A DNA stretch of 64,000 nt from the human T2T-CHM13v2.0 reference genome, Homo sapiens. The translations under genes and the position numbers were made by a program. The stretch's first letter is position 1; every line of letters starts with the position of its first letter. Where the stretch lies: the NCBI RefSeq assembly GCF_009914755.1, contig NC_060932.1; one strand, 5' to 3'. The notes under the pieces are model-generated. The model saw only the letters and a list, made by a program, of their open reading frames with translations, was not told where the DNA came from and did no database searches. This document shows positions 14,958 to 30,174 of the stretch, piece by piece.

Positions 14958-15269
14958 TCTGTGTTATTTTTAAAAAGGGATATTAATGATGAACCTAAAT
15001 CTCAGGATTTTTTCTTATATTTTATTTTATTTATTTTATTTTTTATTTTTTTAATTTTATTATTATTATACTTTAAGTTTTAGGGTACATGTGCACAACG
15101 TGCAGGTTTGTTACATATGTATACATGTGCCATGTTGGTGTGCTGCACCCATTAACTCGTCATTTAGCATTAGGTATATCTACTAATGCTATCCCTACCC
15201 CCTACCCCCAACCCACAACAGGCCCCAGTGTGTGATGTTCCCCTTCCTGTGTCCATGTGTTCTCATTGT

Positions 15270-19085
<3,816 letters not shown>

Positions 19086-19166
19086 TATGACGTTAGCTGG
19101 TGATTTTGCTGGTTAGTTGATGCAGTTTCTTCCTAGCCTTGATGGTCTTTACAATTTGGCATGTTT

Positions 19167-20165
19167 TTACAGTGGCTGGTATTGGTTGTTCCTTTCCATG
19201 TTTAGTGCTTCCTTCAGGAGCTCTTTTAGGGCAGGCCTGGTGGTGACAAAATCTCTCAGCATTTGCTTGTCTGTAAAGTATTTTATTTCTCCTTCACTTA
19301 TGAAGCTTAGTTTGGCTGGATATGAAATTCTGGGTTGAAAATTCTTTTCTTTAAGAATGTTGAATATTGGCCCCCACTCTCTTCTGGCTTGTAGAGTTTC
19401 TGCCGAGAGATCAGCTGTTAGTCTGATGGGCTTCCCTTTGTGGGTAACCCGATCTTTCTCTCTAGCTGCCCTTAACATTTTTTCCTTCATTTCAACTTTG
19501 GTGAATCTGACAATTATGTGTCTTGGAGTTGCTCTTCTTGAGGAGTATCTTTGTGGCCTTCTCTGTATTTTCTGAATCTGAATGTTGGCCTGCCTTGCTA
19601 GATTGGGGAAGTTCTCCTGGATAATATCCTGCAGAGCGTTTTCCAACTTGGTTCCATTCTCCCAGTCACTTTCAGGTACACCAATTAGACGTAGATTTGG
19701 TCTTTTCACATAGTCCCATATTTCTTGGAGGCTTTGTTCATTTCTTTTTATTCTTTTTTCTCTAAACTTCTCTTCACGCTTCATTTCATTCATTTCATCT
19801 TCCATCGCTGATACCCTATCTTCCAGTTGATCGCATCAGCTACTGAGGCTTGTGCATTTGTCACGTAGTTCTTGTGCCATGGTTTTCAGCTCCATCAGGT
19901 CCTTTAAGGACTTCTCTGCATTGGTTATTCTAGTTAGCCATTCGTCTAATTTTTTTTCAAGGTTTTTAACTTCTTTGCCATTGGTTCGAACTTCCTCCTT
20001 TAGCTCGGAGTGGTTTGATCTTCTGAAGCCTTCTTCTCTCAACTCGTCAAAGTCATTCTCTGTCCAGCTTTGTTCCGTTGCTGGTGAGGAGCTGTGTTCC
20101 TTTGGAGGAGGAGAGGTGCTCTGATTTTTAGAGTTTCCAGTTTTTCTGCTCTGTTTTTTCCCCAT
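19167..20165 (-). pseudogene. L1 ORF1p, disrupted
   Basis: MGKKQSRKTGNSKNQS start; in-frame TGA at 19836-19838 after 109 aa (probable CGA>TGA); second early stop after QYQPL. Confidence 0.95.
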
Positions 20166-21254
20166 CTTTGTGGTTTTATCTACCTTTGGTCTTTGATGAT
20201 GGTGACGTACAGATGGGTTTTTGGTGTGGATGTCCTTTCTGTTTGTTAGTTTTCCTTCTAACAGTCAGGACCCTCAGCTACAGGTCTGTTGGCATTTGCT
20301 GGAGGTCCACTCCAGACCCTGTTTGCTTAGGTATCAGCAGCGGTGGCTGCAGAACAGTGGATATTTGTGAACCGCAGATGCTGCTGCCTGATCGTTCCTC
20401 TGGAAGTTTTGTCTCAGAGGAGTACCCAGCCATGTGAGGTGTCAGTCCGCCCCTACTGGGGGATGCCTCCCAGTTAGGCTACTCAGGGGTCATGGACCCA
20501 CTTGAGGAGGCAGTCTGCCCATTCTCTGATCTCAAGCTGCATGCTGGGAGAACCACTACTCTCTTCAAAGCTGTCAGACAGGGACATTTAAGTCTGCAGA
20601 GGTTACTGCTGCCTTTTGTTTGTCTGTGCCCTGCCCCCAAAGGTGGAGCCTACAGAGGCAGGCAGGCCTCCTTGAGCTGTGGTGGGCTCCACCCAGTTCG
20701 AGCTTCCTGGCCACTTTGTTTACCTAAGCAAGCTTGGGCATTGGTGGGTGCCCCTCCCCCAGCCTCGCTGCCGCCTTGCAGTTTGATCTCAGACTGCTGT
20801 GCTAGCAATGAGCAAGGCTCAGTGGTGTAGGACCCTCCGAGCCATGTGCAGGATATAATCTCCTGGTGTGCCATTTGTTAAGCCCGTTGGCAAAGCACAG
20901 TATTAGGGTGGGAGTGACCTGATTTTCCAGGTGCCGTCTGTCACCCCTTTCTTTGACTAGGAAAGGGAATTCCCTGACCTCTTGTGCTTCCCGGGTGAGG
21001 TGATGCCTCGCCCTGCTTCGGCTCACTCACAGTGCGCTGCACCCACTGTCCTGCACCCACTGTCCGGCACTCCCCAGTGAGATGAACCCGGTACCTCAGT
21101 TGGAAATGCAGAAATCACACGTCTTCTGCATCGCTCATGCTGGGAGCTGTAGACTGGAGCCGTTCCTATTAGGCCGTCTTGACTCCACCCCCCAAATCTC
21201 AGGATTTTTGTGACAAATAATAAGAGCAGGTGTCTACTGAGATCTTAGCAGATA

Positions 21255-21465
21255 TCTGATTAAGTCAGGTACCACGTTAAACATTATACAACAATGATCC
21301 TTTATTATTCCTAACTATCCATTAAGATAGATTATGGCCATTTTTCTGATGAGGAGACTAGGGTAAGAGGGGTTATATCTTGCCCAAGGTCATAATGGCA
21401 AGGGAGTGTTAGAGCTGGGATTCCAGGCCAGAATGTCAAGGTCCAAAGCCTGGGCCTTTTCAATT
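21255..21465 (-). mobile_element. MIR fragment
   Basis: CCATTTTTCTGATGAGGAGACTAGG...CTTGCCCAAGGTCA...GAGCTGGGATTC. Confidence 0.75.
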
Positions 21466-22539
21466 AAACATCACTGGCACCTGCCACGTAGCTTTACCAG
21501 AACTGGAGGTGAGAGGCTTTGATATCTGATGAACATCAGGCACAATGAAGTCCTGCTTCCAGGCCTACAAGAAACCACAAGTATTCATGTTGTCTAGCAG
21601 ACCTTTGTGGAACACCGAAAATGCGTAATAATTTAAAAAGCAGTTGTACCACAGATATCTTCTGGCAACCCCAATTCTGCCACTTCAAGTATTATTTAAG
21701 GTGAGCACATATTGTAGTAATGATTGCTTTGTTGAAACATTTTGAAAACTGCTAACATTGTAAGGTAAGTAACAAATACTTATCTTTTTATAATGTTAGT
21801 ATTATAAATGGAATATATTATAGCACTATTTGTCACATTGTAAATAGTATTATATACAACATTTAAAGAGTTAAATCTACATCTCTGGGTTTACCTTTTT
21901 TTGTTTACTGATGTTATGTTTATTATTGTATTATGGGATAATATGGTCTGTAGGTAATTAAATTCTGAAATTTAAATAGCTTATAAATTTACAATGACAT
22001 GGATACAAATTTGCTAGTGCAAAAGAAAAATTTTCATAGTTTCAAATATAATACTACCGGTTAATTTGCCTAAAGTAGAGTTTTACTGTTAAGAACCTGT
22101 GATAGAGAAAAATAATATTTAAAAATTCACATACTGTTAGAATTCAGAATTTAGGAATTTTAGATATTGAAGTAATCTGGGCAAAAGCTGTTTATTTCCT
22201 CGTTCAACTTTATTCCAAAGCAGTAAAATATATAAAATTCCATAGATGTGTGTAATTTACTTTGTGAACTAGAACAGTATAAGTACCTTTTTAACATTTT
22301 TATTAGGAGAACATTTAATTATAGGATTTAATTAATGGAACACTAATCTTATTCATAGGTTTTATTTCTTGGGTTTATTCCAAAAGTGAATATTGTTTCA
22401 AAAATATAAAATATTCTTATATGGCATACAAGGCTTAATCTATATTTAATTACTTCCAAATGTAGTTTTGAATTTTCATATGTTTATAGAAAGATTAAAG
22501 TAATTTTTGTCTCTGTTTTGCATTACCCTTTTGTCTCTT

Positions 22540-23150
22540 TCTGTTAGATATCCCGTCAGCATGCAAATATACTGTTATTCTGCCCATCTGAAAAAAAGTA
22601 AAAGAAAAATCATCAGCCTTCCCCTTGCTCCACACACCTTTCTAGCTACCAACACATTTCTCTGCTCCTGTTTGTAATTAAACTCCAAAAAATGTTAGCA
22701 ATATTTGTTCTTTTCACTTTACTGTCCTCTGATCTTCTCTTGAACTGATGCCATTTATCCCATTATTTATCCCATTTTTCACTGAGATAATGTCTTCACT
22801 CCTGCCCCTATTCTATTCTCAGAACAGCAGCTAGTGAATCTTAGACAGTGTGAGTCACATGATGTCACTCCTCGTTTGAAAGCCTGCAATTACTCCCCAC
22901 ACTTAAAAATAACCTAAGTGCCTTCATTTCTGGTCTCCTCTCCTACCATTTCTCTTCACCCATACTTCTTCAACCACACTTGCTATTATTTGAATCCACA
23001 AACATGGTCCCACCACAGGGCCTTGGCACATCCTATTTCTTCTACTAAAAATGCACTTCCCATAGATATCCTCATGGCTTGCTACCTCTGAAAAACTTCC
23101 ATGACTGTCTATAATACATACATCCTGTGTCCCACTTCACATCTTCATGG
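22540..23150. mobile_element. L2 fragments
   Basis: L2-like text (TGATGTCACTCCTCG...CAGGGCCTTGGCACA...CTCATGGCTTGCT). Confidence 0.55.
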
Positions 23151-23179
23151 TATCACCTCTGACTTCAGTCATAAATGCT

Positions 23180-24882
23180 GCAAAGTGGCCCTAAGGCTCT
23201 TAAGTCACTTCTCACTATCAGCCTCTCTGGTAGGCAGAGCCATGATCAGTATACACAGTTGCTAACTTTGTAGGCAGGAAAAGTGGTTTGTAGTAAGAAT
23301 GTACATGGGCTTCTGGGCAGTCGAAGAGGACTTCACTAGTTGGTTAGGAACTGAAGGGAACATGATTGGAATCCAGAAATTAGAATGTCTTAGAGAGAGG
23401 CATATGAAGGGACTCATAATAGTGAGCATAAAGCATGCAGATCTATGTGTCTCAACTTAACTTCCGCAAGAGAACATCCCCCACAGAGGAGATGGAATAA
23501 ACAGATGGATTGGATGATTCGTCCAGGAGCTTCTCTCTGTGGCCACCGCAGTGCTAGCGCATTGGGCCCATGAAGAATGGCCATGGGGTGGAGGCCATGC
23601 ATGAGCCAACAACATGGACTCCCTTTCACCCAGACTAAACAACCTACTGCTATTGCTGAATACCGGAACTGCCAAGAGCAGAGACCAACACTGAGCTCTC
23701 AATAGGCTACCACTCCTCAAAAAGTCCACCCAGCTTCTCAGTGACAAGTTGATTACAGCACTTTCCTTCTCCCATGGAAAGAACAGAGATCGACTGCTAC
23801 CGGAACTGACCCTCCAATTATGGGCTTTGCTTCCTCTTTCTACAGTTCTCTGTCAGCACCATCTTCTGAGAGCTTAGAGAGCCTGATATACTGCCATAGA
23901 ATTCCATAAAATATTGCTTCAGAACAAGAAATGTATTTTATAGTGAAAAAGTTCCGATAATGGGCACATGACCATGAAATCTGTCACTCAGAAACATGTA
24001 GCTTAGTAGAATGATGGAACTGCCTGTTAAAGCTATGGCCAAGATGTGAACTTGGGGAAAAACATCCTGTGGGGTGGGACCCTGGTATCCTCCATAACAT
24101 GCATTGAACCAGTGGCAGACATATGCTGTTGTTTTGTAATAGACAGATGCATGGAGCTGGATATAAAGGGCTGCTTCCCTTCACCATCACTCCCTGTTAT
24201 CCAGAAATTGAATTTGTGCTTTCTGCCTTTGCAACCTTACATTCTGCTGGATTTGTGGTCTTAGTTTCCAGGTAGAAAATGCTCCCATCATGGGTCGCAA
24301 TATAGATTCCACTGAACTGAAACTACCACCATGGTCTACTCAGTTTGAATTCATCAAACATATTTAGTATATGACTAGAGATAATCAGTTCTAATTATCA
24401 TAAAGAAATAGGGTTGCTTTAACTTAATGTAGTTAAGGAGGAGCTGGTCTGGAATTCAGGGTATTCATAGGGATATCTCTTGGCTTCATGTCCAGTGATT
24501 ACTGAGAACAGGCAATTGCAGCAACCACCACCTAACAAGAGCAAGGCAGTTAGGGGCTCAGATTTCTCCAGGATGAACATTAGTGTCACCCTATTAGCTA
24601 CAGTGCTGGCTGCAGGTAAGGGAAATCTACAATGGCTGATAGCAAGGGGGCATGGTGAAAATTAATTATAGTTTTAGGACTAATTATAGAGTAGTATAGC
24701 CTGTAGCTTGTCCCTCTAACCCTCTTGTATTAAATCTTAGCAGAGATCTCAGCTGGCTACCTCTAACACTCTTGTATTAAATCTTAGTAGAGCTCTCAGC
24801 TGGCTACCACCTCAAAAACTTGGTGATGGATTGTGCTTAATATGTAGGCCATGAGTAGCTATGTGTTGTATAGTGGGTAGAC
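23180..24882 (+). mobile_element. Degenerate ERVL-class internal region (RNaseH/integrase/dUTPase remnants; HERV16/ERV3-16A3-like)
   Basis: Broken-frame matches to ERVL integrase motifs (TGGGCCCATGAA = WAHE, CAACATGGACTCCCT = QHGLP, TGCCAAGAGCAGAGACCAACACTGAGC = CQEQRPTLS, CAAGTTGATTAC = QVDY); purine-rich tract before the LTR. Confidence 0.75.
24714..24807. repeat. Tandem duplication, 2 x 47 bp
   Basis: CTCTAAC(C/A)CTCTTGTATTAAATCTTAG(C/T)AGAG(A/C)TCTCAGCTGGCTAC twice, 3 mismatches. Confidence 0.95.
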
Positions 24883-25391
24883 TGTATCAGATGCCTTTTA
24901 TATTCAGCTTTACATCCTCTCTTTCTTACCTCTAACTCTAGTTAGAGCTGTGGCAAATAGTTCCTTGTGTACTTTGACTCAACTTATGCTTCCAGCTTCT
25001 TGACTGAGTTCTAACACCATGTCTTTGTCAGTTATTCAAGGACTTGTCTAGTGCAGTAACTCCGAACTTTGGAACTTATATAGCATATACCTATGTGCAG
25101 TGTGAAAGTGCAGAAAAAGTTACTTCCCCCAGGGAGAACCCTCAACCAATGGGGACCAGATTTGATGAATAAATGCTTCTTGCCATTGATTTTTTGATTT
25201 GGAAAGACATGCTATATTTTCCTTAGAAATTCCCAGCAATATTGAGCCCCAGTTGTCCTCAGTGGTACCCAGCTTTTCTTTCCTCACATTTTGCTCTCTC
25301 TCATACCTAAAATAGCTCATTGCCCAAATAAATTATGTGCTGGCAAATCCTTACCTCAGATTTTGCTTTGTAGAAACTTGAAACAAAGACC
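24883..25391 (+). mobile_element. LTR16-like 3' LTR
   Basis: Starts TGTA after the purine tract; LTR16-like CTCAACCAATGGG, ATTGAGCCCCAGTTG, CCCAAATAAATTA, ends AAACAAAGAC. Confidence 0.7.
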
Positions 25392-25502
25392 TCATCCTTT
25401 ATAAGATAGTGTTCTCCTCCTCTATTCTTTTTAGTCCTCTTAGCCTACCTTTTTCATGGTACTTATCACCTCCAGATATAGAATCTGGTGCTATGTAGGC
25501 TC

Positions 25503-25697
25503 ACAGTAGGCTCTCTGTAACTTCGAGCCTGTCATCCACGAATCTAACCAACTGCGAATGGGAAATACAGTATTCACCAGATGTGGAATCGGGATACTTG
25601 TCCTGCAGGGCTGACTACAGGACTTGAACATTTGTGGATTTTGTTATCCAAGGGGATGGTGGAACAAATCCCCATGAATACTAAGAGATGACTGTAT
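25503..25697 (-). mobile_element. TcMar-Tigger MITE (MER2B/MER8-like)
   Basis: CAGT...ACTGTA ends; interior matches recalled GGGGATT-GTTCCA...CAAAATCCAC...TCAAGTCC on the minus strand. Confidence 0.65.
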
Positions 25698-25913
25698 CTA
25701 CCCTCCAGCAATACTTTTATGAGTAAATGAATTAAAGGCTAAATTTTGTGCTTCCAAAGAAGATTACAATCATAAGGATAAATATGAAATAGGTTCACTG
25801 CTTCAGTAATGTTTATGAAATCATTTACTGCATGATTTGATACTAGGTGACAAATGTTAGGTCTCTGAAGATAGAATACCATTAATAATAATTAAGTCTT
25901 CTTACTTTTCCAG

Positions 25914-26058
25914 GTTTTTCTCAAGCAAACCAGTTTAACTATGGAGTTGATAACTCTGAGTTGGGAAACAGTGTGCAATTAATTTCTTCTTTCCAGTCAA
26001 TTACTTGTGATGTAGAAAAAGATGCAAGTCATTCAACTCAAATTACATGCTATACTAG
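25914..26058 (+). CDS. PKHD1L1: PKHD1L1 exon 3 (145 nt): GFSQANQFNYGVDNSELGNSVQLISSFQSITCDVEKDASHSTQITCYT
   Basis: CTTTTCCAG acceptor, TAG|GTCTGT donor; frame continuous with exons 2 and 4. Confidence 0.96.
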
Positions 26059-27006
26059 GTCTGTTTTAAAGTATCTTTAATAAAATCATTTTCATCATAT
26101 CAGAAGTTACAGTTATGAATATTAGTATTATAATAGTTTTATTACCCTGGCTATTATAAATAATATTTTTCTGATTATAGGTTAGTATTTTTCATTTTGT
26201 GATGTTTAGACTATTTTATGCATTTATTATATTCAATTTTAATTGGCATGATAACAACATATTCTATGTCTTTTCCCATGTTATTAGAGCTATTACCTTA
26301 TTGTTGAGCATTTTTAGAAGATAAATGACTATTTAATTGTAATGATGTGCCTTAAAATACCAAAATTATGCTATTTTGTTCAATTTGATGAATTTTGTTC
26401 AAAATATTCATATAGTCATTAAGATTAAATATAATCATTTTGCATAGTGACATTTCAAGTTCTTTACTATCAGCCCAAATTCATGTATGTTATTAGCAAC
26501 TTAGGAAAAATTTTAAAAATCACTTTAAATTGCAACTTTCAATATTGAACTTAGAAACAGATAGCACATATTCTAGAGGATTTCATTTATCTTAGGCCTG
26601 TCGGCTGTTCTTCACCAGGAAAAGCTTACTAAGGGGAAACTTGATTAACTAGTCCTTTTTAGGAAACAAAGCATGGAATAACTGATTGTACCGAGGTGAT
26701 ATGTTACTATTTTAAATGTTTATTATTGCATTTGTTGTTATTATACTTGTTGTCCTTTTTAATACCAATGTGCACAGTCGGAATATGCATTTGCCTGAAG
26801 TTCATGAGGTTAGAGTTTGCAATAAAGAGTTCAGGATGGAGATCATTTTTCCATAATATAGAATGGAACTTAACTAGACATCAGTTACGACGTTGGACAC
26901 TTTCTGTCAAAAATAGCCTGCAGTCTGGGGCAGTATTTTTCATTAATACTATACACTAAATAAGAGAGGAATTGCATGTCTCATATATTCTTCATTTTCT
27001 TTATAG

Positions 27007-27115
27007 AGCAATGCCGGAAGATTCCTACACTGTTAGAGTCAGTGTGGACGGGGTTCCTGTTACGGAAAATAACACCTGCAAAGGTCACATCAACAGCTGG
27101 GAATGTACCTTCAAC
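27007..27115 (+). CDS. PKHD1L1: PKHD1L1 exon 4 (109 nt): RAMPEDSYTVRVSVDGVPVTENNTCKGHINSWECTFN
   Basis: TTTATAG acceptor, AAC|GTATGT donor; visible inside ORF 26972-27202. Confidence 0.97.
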
Positions 27116-27570
27116 GTATGTAGGAATCTTCTCTTCAGTTTATGTATAGTTGATCTTGCTTTCTTTCCTGCAGAACTGAATTTTTCCTTTTTAGTTTTAT
27201 AGACTATTTCCACATTTAAAAATACATTAGCATGTAACAAAGGATAATTTCCCTCAATTTAAATTATCTTCCATAGTAATTTAATGTCTGTTATTTCTGA
27301 TTTGTTTCCCCTCCTTTAATTTTACTATTAAATTAAACTTTTGTACTTCAAACATGTTTTCTTGTTCATATTTTCCCCTTTATCTCTACTTCTACTCTTA
27401 GTGTGATTCTCCCTTTTCCTATTTTAATCGAAGTAACTACCTTTCCTTTCTACGTAATTTCTAACGTAATGAGATAAAATGTGCCTGCATGTGGTGTAAG
27501 AGCCACTCAAAATTTAGCTGCCCTAAATAGAAGTATTAGCAGTAATACATTTTCTTCTAAGCATTATCCC

Positions 27571-28067
27571 ATATATATATAATTAAATTAGTTATATATA
27601 TAAATAATTATATTTTATATATAAATAGTTATTATATATAATATATAAATAGTTATATATAATATATAGTTATATATATTATTGTATATATTATATATAT
27701 TTATATATAATATATACAATAATATATATAATTATATATAATTATATATTATATAATATAATTATATATTATATATAGTTATATATAACATATATAATAG
27801 ATAATTATATAATATATAATAGAATTATATATTATGTATAATTATACAATTATACATAATATATAATTAATATTATATATAATATATATTTTATATTATA
27901 TATTATAATATATTATATAGTATGTATATTATATATTATATATTACGTATAATTATATATTATATATAATATATAATATATAAATATATTATAAGTATAT
28001 ATAATATATAAATATATATAAAACTATTTTTATATAAATATTTATATATAAATAGTTTATATATATT
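27571..28067. repeat. ~500-bp (TA)-rich low-complexity tract
   Basis: Almost only A/T, with interrupted TA, TAA and TTA runs. Confidence 0.97.
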
Positions 28068-28613
28068 AGTTTTAAGTTGTCAATTACTGAGTAGTACAAT
28101 GTTCTAATATAAGATGAAATACTGAAGAAAACAATAATGACATCTGTCTTCAAGAAGCTTCTATGATTCCAAAATATATTGCCAAATACGATTCCCAGAT
28201 ATCTCTGGCTTTCTTCTGTTTCCCCAGACGTGGAACTCTGTTTGGTTTTCTGGTATGTCACACCTAAATGGTCTTAAAGCGACCTAAATTGAGCATCAAA
28301 CTGCAGTTTTTGTATTCCTCCTTAAATCTACTTTTTCTCTGATTATTTCTCACCATCTCAAGTTAGAAACCTGTTACCATTCTTGGTTTCTCCCTCCCTT
28401 CTCTTTCAGCCCCACAGCTATTAAGAAGCAAAACCACGATGATCCTATCCTCTAATTTAACTCTTAGGTTCATCTTATTTAAATATCTTCTTTCCTACAT
28501 GACAGTTACATTATGAATATTGTTGAAATTTAGTAATGTAAGAAATTATCTATTTCACAAAACTAGAAACAAAACAGAGATAAGTTTTCATATTGACATT
28601 ATTCTTTTTACAG

Positions 28614-28671
28614 GCAAAAAGTTTTAGAACCCCAACAATAAGAAGCATCACACCTTTATCTGGAACTCCAG
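28614..28671 (+). CDS. PKHD1L1: PKHD1L1 exon 5 (58 nt): AKSFRTPTIRSITPLSGTP
   Basis: TTTTTACAG acceptor, CAG|GTCTGT donor; start of IPT/TIG 2. Confidence 0.96.
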
Positions 28672-28800
28672 GTCTGTTATATGACATCTGAAATAACTTT
28701 TGGTTTCATGGTAAATAATGTGTTTATTTTTTAGTATATGAAATTAGTATAATTCCTGCAATTTTTAAATAGCATTTTTTTCATTATAAAAATAACTATC

Positions 28801-29087
28801 AGCCAGGCGCGGTGGCTCATGCCTGCAATCTCAGCATTTGGGGAGGCCAAAATGCAAGAATTCCTCGAGCCCAAGAGTTTGAGACCAGCCTGGGCAACAT
28901 CATGAGACCCTCTCTCTAAAAAATAAAAATAAATAAATTAGCCAGGCTTGGTGGCAAGCACCTTTAGTCCCAGCTACTCCGGAGGCTGAGGCGAGAGGAT
29001 CACTTGAGCCCAGGAGTGTGAGGCTGCAGTGAGACATGATTGAACTTACATGACAGAGCAAGATCCTATCTGAAAAAAAAGAAAAAA
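28801..29087 (+). mobile_element. AluJ-type element with small right-arm deletion
   Basis: Both arms recognisable, A-rich tail. Confidence 0.88.
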
Positions 29088-30080
29088 GTACCAATATTTT
29101 AAAAAATTGATTTTCAATGGCTATATCTTCATCTACTATAATGTATTTATCACCTCCCACCCCCACCACTTATACATTCAACTGGTTTCCAGGGTTTCAT
29201 TATAATAACTATATTATTCCAGTTTATAATCCCAATGGCAATAACAGAGAATGTATAACCTTGACAATTCTAGGTACTATTTTTTCAAGAATTAATATAC
29301 AAGATACAGTAGTTTTAAATTTTTTTCCAACTCTTTAATTTATGTAATTAAACTTATTTTTTGCCTATTGACCATTTGTATTCCTTCTTTTATACATTAC
29401 CTGTTTATCTCTTTGGCTTAATTTAAAGTTATTCACCATTTTTCTTATTAAGTTACAAGGATTCTTTATATATCCTTAAAAAAGGATATTAACCATTTAT
29501 ATGTTATATGTAAGACATATATTTTGAATTTATCATTTACTTTTAAAACATGTTAATGATTTTTCTGTCATCAGACAACCTTTTATTTTTATTATCACAT
29601 CTATAGATCTTAACGTTTGTTGTTTTTTCTTCATTTTTAAATAGCATTTAAAAATGGGTGGGAGGCCCTACTAACCTAACTATATAAATATTATATAAAT
29701 TTTCACCTATTTTTCAATAATTGTTATGGTTTTATTTTTTATATTTCATTTTTATTTCACCTAAGATTTCTCTTACTTTTTGGTACAGAGATCTTTTTTT
29801 TTTTTTTCTCAAATAGTCACCGATTGACCCAAGCTGTACTTGTGGAATACCATCCTGTCTTCTATGCTACACTTCTTTACTCAATGAATATTTACAGATA
29901 CTCATTCATATTTTATTGTGTTTGCTAGAACTTTCAGAACAATGCTAAACAATAGTGGCAAACATGAGGTATAAGTGTCTGGGTCCTGGTTTTATTGGGA
30001 AAATCTCTTATGTTTTCGTATTAAGTGTATGGATAGATTTTCTTACACAGAATCTTTTTGGGGTTTTTGTTTGTTTTCAG

Positions 30081-30174
30081 GTACACTAATAACAATCCAA
30101 GGCAGAATCTTCACTGATGTCTATGGAAGTAATATTGCACTAAGCTCAAATGGGAAAAATGTTAGGATTTTGAG
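30081..30174 (+). CDS. PKHD1L1: PKHD1L1 exon 6 (94 nt): GTLITIQGRIFTDVYGSNIALSSNGKNVRIL
   Basis: GTTTTCAG acceptor, GAG|GTAATC donor. Confidence 0.97.

Noticed and set aside
20492-20830. 112-aa ORF containing L1 ORF0 sequence
   Set aside because: ORF0's own ATG is TTG and the frame ends early; the upstream ATG probably lies before the usual antisense TSS region
23414-24665. Short ORFs in the ERVL region as a possible domesticated retroviral gene
   Set aside because: Integrase and dUTPase motifs are broken by frameshifts and stops; no long frame survives
24714-24807. Repeat pair as a CRISPR-like array
   Set aside because: Two abutting copies with no spacer, in a primate intron
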